DNA from: Tubiluchus corallicola
Taxonomy: Eukaryota > Animalia > Priapulida
DNA length: 64,000 nt
Direction: 5' to 3'
NCBI GenBank assembly: GCA_030141605.1
Contig: JAQGDQ010000250.1
Location: 124,001 to 188,000 of the forward strand
Position 1 is the first letter of the stretch, and every line of letters begins with the position of its first letter. Of the stretch, positions 26,659 to 38,625 are shown in pieces. The position numbers and the translations under genes are program-made. The notes beneath the pieces are model-generated. The model saw only the letters and a program-made list of their open reading frames with translations, had not been told where the DNA came from and searched no databases.

Positions 26659-28263
26659 GTCACTGCAGTATTTGCGGCTGATGCTGTTTCACGTCTCTCG
26701 GGATCCGTAGGTGTCGCTTGCGTCACAGCTGGTCCTGGACTGACAAATACGATCACTGCAGTAAAAAATGCTCAAATGGCTGAGTCGCCTGTTCTCTTGA
26801 TAGGAGGAGCTGCTGCAACGCTTCTGAAAGGGCGCGGTGCCCTGCAAGATATAGATCAGATGGCACTTTTTAAACCCTTGTGTAAATACTGTACCACTGT
26901 GCAGACTGTTAGAGACATAGTGCCAGCCTTACGCAAGGCGTTGCAGATAGCACAGTCTGGCACTCCTGGTCCAGTGTTTGTGGAGTTTCCTATAGATGTT
27001 CTCTACCCTTACAAACTTGTCCAGCGTGAAGTTGGAGCAAAGGCAGATTCTAAAGGCATTATGAACAAGATTGTCAACATGTATTTGACTCACTACTTGG
27101 AAAACATTTTTGCTGGTGCCTGGGAGAAAAGAAACATGACACCGTTGCCGGTCTCTCAGCCGTTTGCTTCTGATGCTCAGCTTCAGACTGCTGCAGAGTT
27201 AATCACAAGAGCTAAGAAACCGTTGATACTTTTCGGCAGTCAAGCAATGCTCCCTCCCACCGCAGCTAGTGAGTTAAAAGCAGCCGTGGAAGCACTGGGT
27301 ATTCCTTGCTTTCTGGGCGGCATGTCTAGAGGTCTTCTCGGAAGAGACAGCAACATTCACATCAGGCAGCGACGTCGGGAAGCTCTTAAAGAAGCTGACT
27401 TGGTAGTGCTCGGAGGCACGGTATGCGATTTTAGACTGAGCTATGGTCGAGTTTTGAGCAGAAGATCAAAGATTATTGCAGTCAATCGTGACAAAGACCA
27501 GTTAATGAAGAACTCTGATATGTTTTGGAAACCCAGTTTAGCCATCACTGGTGATCCGGGGAACTTTTTCACTAGATTAGCAAAGATTATTCAACCGTAT
27601 CAGTGCGACATCGATTGGTTACAAAAGCTGAGAGACCGAGATCAAGACGTGGAAAATAAAAATGCTCTAAAAGCAGAAGAAAAGGTTAGTGCACATTTAA
27701 ATCCTTTGCAAGTCTTGATGGAGCTAGAAGTTGCACTTCCAGAAGATAGCATTTTGATTGCCGACGGAGGAGACTTTGTTGGTACTGCGGCTTACATCAT
27801 CCGCCCTCGTGGTCCACTGCGCTGGCTTGATCCGGGTGCATTCGGTACTTTGGGTGTGGGTGGAGGGTTTGCCTTAGGGGCAAAGCTGTGTCGTCCTGAC
27901 AGTGAAGTGTGGATAATATGGGGTGACGGATCAGCGGGTTACAGTATAGCAGAATTTGATACTTTCACCAGACATAAGATTCCGGTCATGGCATTGATTG
28001 GTAATGACGCAGGGTGGACACAGATAGCACGAGAACAGGTTCCTCTTTTCGACACGAATGTTGGCTGCGCTCTTTCCCATCTTGATTACCACACTGTAGC
28101 TGAGGGATATGGTGGGCGTGGCTTCAAGATGGGGGCGGAGTCTATTAACAACGTAGGAATGATATTCGCTGCTGCACAGCAGGAATACAAGAAAGGGAAA
28201 AGTGTTTTAATTAATGCATTAATTGGAAAGACTAATTTTAGGGAAGGTAGCATATCTGTTTGA
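26659..28263 (+). CDS. ILVBL: ILVBL exon 4: 2-hydroxyacyl-CoA lyase 2 / acetolactate synthase-like protein
   Basis: VTAVFAADA...TAGPGLTN...[10 protein letters not shown]...DGGDFVG...[13 protein letters not shown]...GDGSAG...GND (TPP motif), ending FREGSISV; spliced CDS 1908 nt, about 635 aa. Confidence 0.97.
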   Translation, partial: VTAVFAADAVSRLSGSVGVACVTAGPGLTNTITAVKNAQMAESPVLLIGGAAATLLKGRGALQDIDQMALFKPLCKYCTTVQTVRDIVPALRKALQIAQSGTPGPVFVEFPIDVLYPYKLVQREVGAKADSKGIMNKIVNMYLTHYLENIFAGAWEKRNMTPLPVSQPFASDAQLQTAAELITRAKKPLILFGSQAMLPPTAASELKAAVEALGIPCFLGGMSRGLLGRDSNIHIRQRRREALKEADLVVLGGTVCDFRLSYGRVLSRRSKIIAVNRDKDQLMKNSDMFWKPSLAITGDPGNFFTRLAKIIQPYQCDIDWLQKLRDRDQDVENKNALKAEEKVSAHLNPLQVLMELEVALPEDSILIADGGDFVGTAAYIIRPRGPLRWLDPGAFGTLGVGGGFALGAKLCRPDSEVWIIWGDGSAGYSIAEFDTFTRHKIPVMALIGNDAGWTQIAREQVPLFDTNVGCALSHLDYHTVAEGYGGRGFKMGAESINNVGMIFAAAQQEYKKGKSVLINALIGKTNFREGSISV

Positions 28264-31200
28264 ATTATGTCTAAAATGAATGTACTGTGCAAATCAAACT
28301 CCAATAAGTGCAATGCTTGTGATAAGTGTAGTAAGCATTTACCTGTCTACATGTTGACAATGAAGGGTGAAAAAACATCTGTGATTAAAATCAATGTAAG
28401 TGATGAAATCGGTTGACTATTTTTACCTGTAGACTTGGTTAGCAGGTATCATTTTAATAATGCGTTGACTCAGCTGAAGTTTTTAATGAGATGGAGATTA
28501 CTTCTGTCAATATAAGTTTTTCTTTTCTTGTTGAATTTAGTTTCATTATCTGCTGCTTAGAAGTATTTTCCTTTATGTGGATTAATCTGTGGAAGTTAAT
28601 TTTTCCCAATTTAACACGAAAATTCTCGGGTGATTTTTAAAAAGTAGTTAGTTGTCAAAGAATAACAGGTGCTAGTTCATAATTGAAAAGTGATCACTAG
28701 TTTTGGGGCAAATGTACCTTCTTTTAAAATTGTTCTTGCTATTTGTGTTTTGCGACTTCATATGACAGTGTGGCATTATTGCTACGTTGATGCGAATGCA
28801 TTTGCTACCGTGTGTAAATTTATCCAATAAGGCTAGTGATGTTTGAAAGAAATTTTGACATCAGTAGTTTTTTGGAATTTCTTTAATCTATTTATGTTTT
28901 TCTACAGCTTTATTAATAAAATTACAGCGTGCACCAGTGCGATCACTTAAATATAGGTATTAGCAAGTCTTTTGTGCTGTTTTGGTGCATGGCTTGCAAC
29001 TCTATAATTTTAGAATAGATAGCCACTTTGATTTTTTCACATTTTTGTCAACTTGCAGTATCTTAAAATTGCATTCACTTACAAAGTGTAACTTTTGCTA
29101 TGCATCTAGCTGACTGTTGTCTTAGAAAGTTGGAACTCTGTTTGTTACACTGCGAACGGTTTAATGGAACAGGTCCTACTAATTCATATTCAGGAACTTC
29201 AGTTTTAAATCAGTATTTCAGCTATCTGTCACATGGTGGTCCCAAGAAATGAATGCTGATTGTCTTCGGACTGGCACATAATCTAAAAGCAAGGTGTTAT
29301 TGTCTTAAATTAAGGGATCTCAATACAAAACTTTCTCCTCAGGGTTTTGACATTTGTAGCTAATACGTAGGCTCTTTTCAAACTCGGCTTTTGCTGATGT
29401 ATGTACATGAGAGTCATCTGCATTTTAGCTATTGGTTTAATTATTTATGTTAGTGTTTTAATTATTGTTAGCTTCGTTGTTCATTAGTTCAACAACTCGG
29501 TGAAATTACATTTAAGATACGGTATTTTCCTGTTTTTGTTTTTTAAATTGTTCATCTTGGTTGCACAGACTTCCACATTTACATATTTATAAAAAAATTA
29601 CTATATATATTTTTTCATATTTCTGGCTTAGTTTAGTTAGTTTATTGATTTTTTGCAACCACGCTTAGCTGTTTTTTTATCATTTGCTTGCTTGCCTGTT
29701 TGGTTGGTTGATCGCTTTCACCCTGGCTTATTGCTTGTGTGTTTATTTCTTTGCTTGCATGATTGTTTGTTAGCTTCTTTATTTTCCTAGTTGCTTGCCT
29801 GTTTCTTGTTTCTTGACTTTTACACTTGCCATTTTGATTATTTGCTAGCTTCCTTACCTGTTTGTTTGCCAGTTTACTTCCTTGTTTGCTTGTTTGTCTG
29901 CCTTTGTGCTTGCTTGTTTATTTGCTTTGTTGTTTGCCTGTTTACTCATTTGTTAGGTTGACATAAAACAACTTCTAGCTGATACATGATGTAAGTCTAT
30001 AAATATTGTGAAAAGACAAAGGTAATCTACTTACTAATCAATATGTAGAATTGCACGTTTAGAGAACTGTCATCATCATCATCGATCGTCATCATCATCA
30101 TCATAAGCCCATTACAATTGAATTCAGTTCAACTTTATTTTCTCAATAATAGTTAAAAATAAGACATGATTATTTTGACATTTCAATGTAACTGAGACGG
30201 AGCAGCAAAAGACCTGTTGGTCCCCTGATCAGTTGCCCCTTATTAAAAATACAAGTTTACTTACAGGCGCAGGAAATTTTTTAGGTGATTATTATACAAA
30301 AAACATTAAAGTATTAAAAATAAATTTGGTATTAGATTATATACTGAATAGCAGAAATAGTATTGTGTATGCTTAGTCTAGTCAGATTTTTAAGAGTGAA
30401 AAAATAGTAAACGACAATTTCTTGAAAATTGAATACAAGTTTACATTTTGATAATGATAATAATATTTATACTATACGCATAAATTATAATAAAACAAAC
30501 TATTTACTAATTAATAATTACTACATCACGTCTGTTATAGACATGGGGCACTCTGAATTCTAAAATAAAAGAAATCTGCCTTTCGGATAGCTAAACACGG
30601 CAGTAATCCAGCAAAAAAACTAGACACTGCTATGCTAACTACAGAACTGTTTAGTTAACTCTGCATAACTCAAATCCAAACAGACCGATGTTAGGCGACG
30701 TTGACCATTTTCTAGCATAGAAACTCTAAACCCCTCCTCCAGACGACGAGCTAAATAGAAGGCAGAAAGTCAACGCTCCTATATATAAACTAGACAAAAT
30801 CATTAATTGATTATCATTAAACTAAAATACATGTAGCACAAAAACAGAATATGGTGAAATTCATTCATTCTGGGCAACTTTACCACTTCGCAGATGCTAA
30901 CACAGAAGTACAAGTTACAGTTGGGCACACTTGTCACAGTCAGTTGCATAGGCCCTTATGTCATCATGAGAAATCTACTTAAGAAGATTTGTAACATTCT
31001 GCCTTACTGAATCAAATGAAACTCCACTGCAGTGGATGAATCAAAGCTAAGTAAACGTCCAGTAGTTACATAGCTGCATAATACTCAGTGTCCATAGATA
31101 AGAGGTATTTGAAATCCGTGTGTGTCCTCAGTATCAAATATTTGCAGATTTGGCGCGCATAAAGATTTGTGGGATACAAGTCGTGTGTCGTCATTTCGGC

Positions 31201-31849
31201 GAGTTCTGTTATTGGCGTTATTAAATTAGTCGGTTGCTGAGTCACTACAATGTTCTTCATAATAGTTGTGCAGCTAATATAAACGTGATTCATCGTATAA
31301 ATTCTTTAATAGCGGAACACAGTCATATCAGCATAAACATCTTTTAATTGGAACTTTTATTCGAAAAAAATTGGTTATTAATCTGTTATAATGTGCAGTG
31401 AATTCTAAAAAATATGAAGACGAAATTTATAAACTGTAAATAAACTCATGTTACAAAAGCACACTAATAACTTTATTAAGTTTGCATTTGGTATCGCCTT
31501 TATTTTATATTGCTTATTATAGAGCACTGAACTTCTTTTAATCTTTAATTTGTTTTGGAACTGATGAAACTTTATAATCTGTCTTATAAATTCCTAACAC
31601 ACCACAAACAGTTTACGAATACGGATTTCAAACACTATATGTTTGCAAGAAACGCGTGCCCAACATCTAAACCTGTAAATTGAATGTCGGCTAGAATCTA
31701 CATCGGTCATTTTAATTTAGCTGTCAGTATGACAACTACTCAGCTCGGAATTCCCGTACAATGAACTGTATGATATAAAAAGTCTAAAATTTAATATAAT
31801 TTTTACGCAAATTATTATCTCCGGCATTTTCTAAATACTTTATTCCGGT

Positions 31850-32418
31850 TCTCCATATTCATGATCACTTGCATCTACTAATTATTTTATGCCACAGCAT
31901 TCGACTAATACTTTTTAGCAAACAACTAAATATAATGCTATAAAACTTTGGTTGAACATCCCTGAAGAAATTTAAAATGTTTAATTTAAGTAAGTTTAAA
32001 AAATCCCTTAAACAAAAGTTAGTTTAGAAAAGCAGTTAAACAAATTTTGTTTGATCGTTACCCGTAATCAACTGAGTAAGCGTTTTCTAAAGGTAGGCCC
32101 TATCTGTTTTTTGAATTATTGTTAGTACAATAGAATTGTGTTAAGAGATTTTCAAATGTTCAAGTGTTTCTCTTGAGTGAGGTAGTAGTTGTTCCTTAAA
32201 TTTCCCAAGTTTCCCGATATTTACAATTTTGTTTTTTCAATTGAATTTATATAATCACAGAATGATGTTATCAATATGGTATTCACCAATAAGAGGAACA
32301 ACTAGAAAGTACTTGCTCCTCCATCCTCCTTACAGTAACTTTATTACTATTGTTATTGTATTATTGTATCGTTGCATTTGTTGTTGTAAAATAAATTTAT
32401 TCTATTCTATTCTATATT
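31850..32418 (+). mobile_element. Second CR1/L2-like 3' remnant related to 8440-9010
   Basis: Shared AAATATAATGCTAT and TCCTCC...ACAGTAAC blocks; AATAAA followed by a (TTCTA)n tail. Confidence 0.6.
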
Positions 32419-34612
32419 CACATTATGCGATATCTGCTCATAGAAGAAATGACAATTAAGTTATTTTGTTGTGTTCAGTCCGCATGACGTGCCATCTTTG
32501 TTAATTATTATTAATTCCTCCTCGTTTCATTTCTTATCCTTAATACAGTAACGGGTAATTAACAAGGATTAATTAACATCTGACATTTCACCCTGATTTT
32601 CGATTTTTCTATGCGGACCTGATTCGACCTATATCATATTCACGCACTATAGGCAAAGCTGAACTTAACGAAATATTTTGAATCTGGTTCAAAAGGACGG
32701 GCGCTGACTGGCGGACGCACTGACGCACGTGCGTCCATAGAATTGTCCACAGAATTAAAAAACAAATTTATAGCTATAACTAAAAATTTTTAGCAGCAAA
32801 CCAAGAAACACATCAACCCTTGTTTGTCTGCGCAATAATGAGTTTTAAGCTAGTGAACTTGCCTGACGAAATAGCTTCTAGCAACCGCAAAATGGCCTAA
32901 AATGCAGTAAAATGCACGTGTGATCGAGATGAGACGTTCTGTCGTTTAGCTGTGTCCGGTGGGAAAAATTAGCACGCCCGCAAACTTATTAAATTATGTA
33001 TGAACCGTGGGGTTGGCTGTAAACTTAACAGTCTCAAATCAGTTTTATGCTTGATTATCCACCTTTCCACATTTTGCTGAGTAGATAATTTTGGTATATG
33101 ACTACTACAATAGGATACAATGAATATTACCTAGGTAAGTGTAGGTAAGATTTATTTATTAAAACGGAATTTTTCAAGTTTGAGGAAGTCTACGTACCAG
33201 AATTTAGATCTCATCTGAAGCCTCCAAAATGTGCTTAAATACAGGAAAATGCGTTGATGGCCGGGGCTACGCCCCGTACCCAGTTGGAGGAGTATACAGC
33301 ACTCCCTCGGACCCCTCAGCTGCTTGTGTGTCAATTTTTTTAAACTCTGGCGGCGCCCATGTGCAAAAGCAACTATGGCTATACAGGAGCTCAAAACATA
33401 CAAATTATAGCAATCGAGTGCAGCCAAAATAAATCATTTAAAAGCGTAAATAAAAAAATACAGAATGGCGCTTTTAGTACATCCAAATTTGGGTTTTGTT
33501 TTATATCTTACAAATATCTTACACTATGTCTTTTTGCTCTCAGTCCCCCCCCCCCCATTCCTTGAAGTGAACTTCAGCAACAAAATCTAACCGCACGCCA
33601 TTGCATTTTCTCGTAGCTATCTATACATTCTCATAACAATGGCCTTTTTTTCACTTCCTCCCCAAGGGGGAAGCAAGAAGAGAGCCTAAACATATATGAA
33701 CTATCTAGCCACATACGAACTATTTATAACAACATTTCTATATTGATTACTTATATCGATGGACCTGTACCAACCACTTATATTAATCTTCCATATTGTC
33801 TTTTGTAGATTTTAGTCATACACCAATTACTATTTTTAATTTCAATTTCATTAATTTCAATTACTTTGCAATTCAATTGTCATTTAATCTTTTGACTCAT
33901 AATATCTATGCAACATCATCATGTTACGGTCAGAATTTACCAGGATGCACCTGTCCTGTCTGTTGGATGCGATGCTGTCTCACAGGCGGGTCCGAGACTT
34001 AAGGGGGAACGAAATGTAATCGGACGCCATTACATGTTTTCATAACAATCTTTAGATTCTGATAACAATGGCGTTAATCACATCCTGGTAATCAGCCTCG
34101 AACCCGAACCGTGAGCCAAAAACTTCAGTGTTGTTCCTGACGCCGACGAGCGCATTTCATTAGTGAATTCTAGTCTGCTTGTATGATACTTCATACTCAT
34201 CTTACCCATGTTGTTACTAGTATAATAAAAGGTTTCTCTAAAACCATACTAACTAGTTTTGGGTTGATGTTCATCGTTGTTACACTAAGCTATTGGTGGT
34301 TATAACCTAAATTTTAAGCCGCCGAAGTCCGCGTAAATGGTTTTTCTTGCTATAATCCGTGGAAATATCCGAAATATTTGGAGAAATGGGCTTAAAAATT
34401 TCCCTTGCACAACCAGTTTTATATTTTTGTCCATATTTGGTAATACAGTATTTATTCTTGTTAATTTGCTCATAGTTATTCCTTACATTTATATATTTAT
34501 GTTAATTTATTCCAGGATGTCAGCTCTTTTTAAACATAACCAGTTTAGCGATACTTTTTATGCATTTTGATTTTGTAAACATTTTGTTCTATAGTGTAGT
34601 TAATGTACTTTA

Positions 34613-34801
34613 TCTGTGTTCTTATCGTTTATATTGTGAATCATTTATTCCTTTGTAAACTTACAGTGAAGTCAAATGCTCCCTATTTTGGTTTTTATGT
34701 ATCCTTTTCTGTGTTCTTATCGTTTATATTGTGAATCATTTATTCCTTTGTAAACTTACAGTGAAGTCAAATGCTCCCTATTTTGGTTGTTATGTATCCT
34801 T
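34613..34801. repeat. 2 x 95-bp tandem duplication
   Basis: TCTGTGTTCTTATCG... starts at 34613 and again at 34708. Confidence 0.9.
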
Positions 34802-37399
34802 GTTATCAATAAAATGATAAAGTTATTTTTTGTAGTCTTGCTTATGTTTTGTTATTATTACCACTATTTATTTCGAAATTGCAGTACAATTTTCAATTTG
34901 TCAATGTGGCAAAAATACGAATATTTACCACATTATAACCATTTAAACAAAAAGGGGCAAAAAATAATACAGCAGTTAGTCAAGGGAAGTACAATAAAAA
35001 TAATTAATTACTTAATTTTACATAGCCATTCTAGTATCAGATTGAGTTCACTTCTGTTCAAAAATTCCAAAAGTTTATGCTCGATTGCATTCGAAATATT
35101 TTTCGCAAATAATACATGATAATTCTGCTCATTGGTCACATTGTAAGCGCATTTAGAGACAATCTGTCTTACTTACTTTTAGCATTAATCACATTTCGAT
35201 TGTTAGTTGTATTTACTATGTATATCTCAATAGTTATCAGTCTGTTATCTTCTTTGTGTGATTTCGTATTGTAAGCTGGTGCAAACCGTCTATAGACCCA
35301 GCTAACTCTGCATATTATCCATGATTATCGAACCAATATCATTTGCACATTTGCTCCATTATCATCTCCTCTCCAGCGTGCATCTCAACTCAATCCGCAT
35401 CCTCGTAGCAATTATAACTCTTTCAAATCTCGACCACGCCCCCGCTTGCAAACGCCGTTCAAGTGACCACGTCCCAAATACGACATTTTAGCGGGCTAAC
35501 AGGTTTCGATCTGGGCGCCTGTAAAAGCTTGTACACTCGCAGGAAATTGTATTTGAGCGAATGAAAGCTGGTATATTTGATTTGTCTGCTGTTAATATCA
35601 CAGCTCATTCTCGCTGAGGAGGAGATATTGTTCCCTCCAATTGAATGCCATTGTGAGCGGGTTTCATTCTGACCCGAACGTGGCGAGTTTGTGAATTGTG
35701 TGTAATGCAATAAAGCCCGCAGGGAGAGAAATTGTTGCTTGTTTTTCGATACAAGTAACTGAGATGTTTCACCAGAAAGAAACGAAACTTAAAAGTTGAT
35801 TGGATGGTGAAGCCATGTTTTCACATTAAAACGAGCTGCTGGGTCTCAAATAAAAGGCGCAGTTGAAGCCAATATCTATGCACAATCACTGAGCTTCATT
35901 TTTACCTAGTGTTAATTTCTTTTTCTTCTTTTAACTACTTCCGTTAATTTCTTTTATTATTAGCAAATTACATGAAGTAGATTCAAAAATAATGATGAAT
36001 ACAGTTTACACGGTCGTGGATTACACTAACTGGACCAGTAAAAGAGCAGAGACGACCGGTTTTATACAGGCCAGATACATCACTTTAGCTTCAACAGAGA
36101 CTTACATTTTGCGCGAAAGGGGTGTTCAGTAAACTATTTTCTACATGACCATATCTGTATGTCACAATATATGCATATATATTGTAAATACGTTTCTTGT
36201 CCCTGTAATGTACGTTCTTTTATATGGTACTTTTTGTGCAGAAATAAAGATATAAATAAAAAACAATGAATAAAATAAAGATTTACGATCTCATGAATTT
36301 TATTTGTAACACTGAATAGACGACAAATTCTATTAATCAGTTAGATCTTAGATTACTTATACTTGATCTCCCAGATCTGAAGATGATGAAAATGATAAGT
36401 CTTTATTATTCTCTCTTTACATGGAAAACTTTCTGTGCAAATTTATACAGTTTCACATAGACACTAGATAGAGTGAATTATACAACATTACATGTTATGC
36501 ATTCTGTAATTAGCTTTTATCATGATGCGTATAACATTATTTACACGATCCAAATTATATGCATATATATATATATTAACATTAAACTAAGAATCCACTG
36601 GGGATGAAGCAATACTCATTTTGAACTGGCATGGTAATTCTGAGCAATTCTGACCATTTTTACAGTTGTAACACTTTTCAGTGTGAAGATTTTCAATGGA
36701 GAATTGGCAAAGGACACGTTGCAATTAGATAAGTAAATTCAACAATTTCGACTGTCAGGCAAAAACAGCCCTTGGATGCGCATCAGTTTGTAATTAGATA
36801 AACTAAAGTTCTTTCGAAGGTCTGAAACATGTCAATATAAATGCGTATATGCATTATTTATGATATTAAACACGGAGTAATAAAGTAAGTGCTAAAATCA
36901 ATGTTGTTAGTGACGTAAGTTTCCTATCTAGTAACAAAAAATGCAATTAAATTAATATACGAAATATCACTTTTTACAAAGTGTCGAAGTGTCAATGTTA
37001 CCCCGCTTTACTTTATTATTTAATAAAACAGATTTACGACATGATTAATTTTTTTCCTTTTCATAAATTAACTATAACACGAAAAACATACTTATGACAT
37101 TTATTAGACTAATTCGAAATACTATAATAAACTAGAAAAATTACCAAAATCGTATTTCTTATGACTATCTTCAATTCTTTATCTATATTTCGTTATCTAA
37201 CTGTTGTAAGTTGACAGATCGAAAGAAAAAAGAATTCTAGAAGTCTTCATGCGTCCAGGGATATGATTTTGTTCATCTCTATTCTACTGGTTGTTGAATA
37301 GCTATTTCTTCACTGGACTTACCATCAGGTAGTCTGTACACAACCTATCTTAAACGACGCGTTTTATTTTCCGTGCCCATTTTAGAAGAATAACTCGAC

Positions 37400-37530
37400 A
37401 CTCGTTACCATGGAATTAGTCTGCATCATCATCTCCTGAAAGTGCGTCATGACACATTACGTCATTCATATGAAGATAACAATCGTTTCCATGGCAACGA
37501 CTGTTCTTCTTTCTTGCAGTGACGTGATAG
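37400..37530 (+). promoter_or_regulatory. RFX X-box / CRE cluster upstream of an orphan ORF
   Basis: Consensus X-box GTTTCCATGGCAAC 37485-37498; second X-box-like GTTACCATGGAATT 37404-37417; TGCGTCA 37443, TTACGTCA 37457, TGACGTG 37520. Confidence 0.55.
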
Positions 37531-37640
37531 ATGTCAGCCTTTGTTCGGCCTCATTTCTTTCTGTGCTGTCGATGCGGAAAGAAGTATATATTATTATTAT
37601 TATTATTTGCGATTCATTTTGTGCGTTTTATTGGGCTACC

Positions 37641-37892
37641 ATGGGATGTTTTAGTTTCTTGTGCAACCGCGAGCGCCGTGAGGACCGCGAGGACCAACCG
37701 GTGCCTAGACGCTGGAGGATCCGGACCATATGGTCTAGGACCCGGGGGCGCGTCGCTCCTATGCCCTCAGTCCAATCCTCGTCTGGGACCTCCACGCGTT
37801 GTAGTGGTGAGGGAGAGTCTTCCGGGACAACCACGGGGGCGGTTCGTCTTGGAAGCTCGAGTAGCATGGGTCTCCCTCTGGTTGAGTGCTGA
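37641..37892 (+). CDS. Orphan 83-aa small protein, predicted N-myristoylated/palmitoylated
   Basis: Strong Kozak GCTACCATGG; MGCFSFLCNRERREDREDQPVPRRWRIRTIWSRTRGRVAPMPSVQSSSG...; GC/CpG-rich island; no homolog recognised. Confidence 0.45.
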   Translation: MGCFSFLCNRERREDREDQPVPRRWRIRTIWSRTRGRVAPMPSVQSSSGTSTRCSGEGESSGTTTGAVRLGSSSSMGLPLVEC

Positions 37893-37934
37893 ATGTCATT
37901 CTTAAGTACTAACCTTACCGTACCATGCTCTCAC

Positions 37935-38425
37935 ATCTGGGCTCTGGTCAGGACAGCCACTATTGGACTGTCAGAGCCCAGTTGGTAGGCGGGGTTGAGT
38001 GGAAATCTGGGCTCTGGTCAGGACAGCCACTATTGGACTGTCAGAGCCCCGTAAGTTGGTAGGTGGGGTTGGGCGGAAATCTGGGCTCTGGTCAGGACAG
38101 CCACTATTGGACTGTCAGAGCCCCGTAAGTTGGTAGGTGGGGTTGGGCGGAAATCTGGGCTCTGGTCAGGACAGCCACTATTGGACTGTCAGAGCCCCGT
38201 AAGTTGGTAGGTGGGGTTGAGCGGAAATCTGGGCTCTGGTCAGGACAGCCACTATTGGACTGTCAGAGCCCCGTAAGTTGGTAGGTGGGGTTGGGCGGAA
38301 ATCTGGGCTCTGGTCAGGACAGCCACTATTGGACTGTCAGAGCCCCGTAAGTTGGTAGGTGGGTGGGGTTGAGCAGAAACTGGGCTCTGGTCAGGACAGC
38401 CACTATTGGACTGTCAGAGCCCCGT
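37935..38425 (+). repeat. Tandem array of 74-bp hairpin plus G-rich units (6 full, 1 partial)
   Basis: Units start at 37935, 38005, 38079, 38153, 38227, 38301 and about 38379; consensus ATCTGGGCTCTGGTCAGGACAGCCACTATTGGACTGTCAGAGCCCCGTAAGTTGGTAGGTGGGGTTGGGCGGAA. Confidence 0.97.
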
Positions 38426-38446
38426 GCCTCGGGGGGAGGGGGGCCT

Positions 38447-38625
38447 GGCTCGCGGTAGTGCGTGCACTACAGGGGTGTGTGATGCGTTAGGCGTAATTGC
38501 CTACTAAAGCTAACTGTAGACGAACAGTTGGCACACAGCCTCTCCACACCCAAGACTCCTGCGTAACCTCCACGAGGTGCGAGCTGGTAACTGCCCCATT
38601 ACAGGAGCAGGCTAATCAGCAGGGG
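38447..38625 (+). ncRNA. HDV-like (nested double pseudoknot) self-cleaving ribozyme
   Basis: P1 GGCUCGC 38447-53 / GCGAGCU 38579-85 with G1-U wobble; P2 38556-65 / 38616-25; P3 ACC/GGU; L3 UCCACGA; P1.1 GG 38586-87; P4 38591-38610; J4/2 GCUAA with C38612. Confidence 0.8.

Noticed and set aside
37449-37640. 147-aa version of the orphan ORF
   Set aside because: The upstream extension runs through the promoter-like motifs and an (ATT)n tract; the ATG at 37641 has the strong Kozak context and acylation signal.
37935-38425. CRISPR-like array (palindromic repeats with linkers)
   Set aside because: The linkers are near-identical rather than unique spacers, the context is eukaryotic, and there are no cas genes.
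37935-38425. Tandem hammerhead ribozymes (CTGGTCAG...GGAAA)
   Set aside because: No CUGANGA core or three-way junction on either strand.
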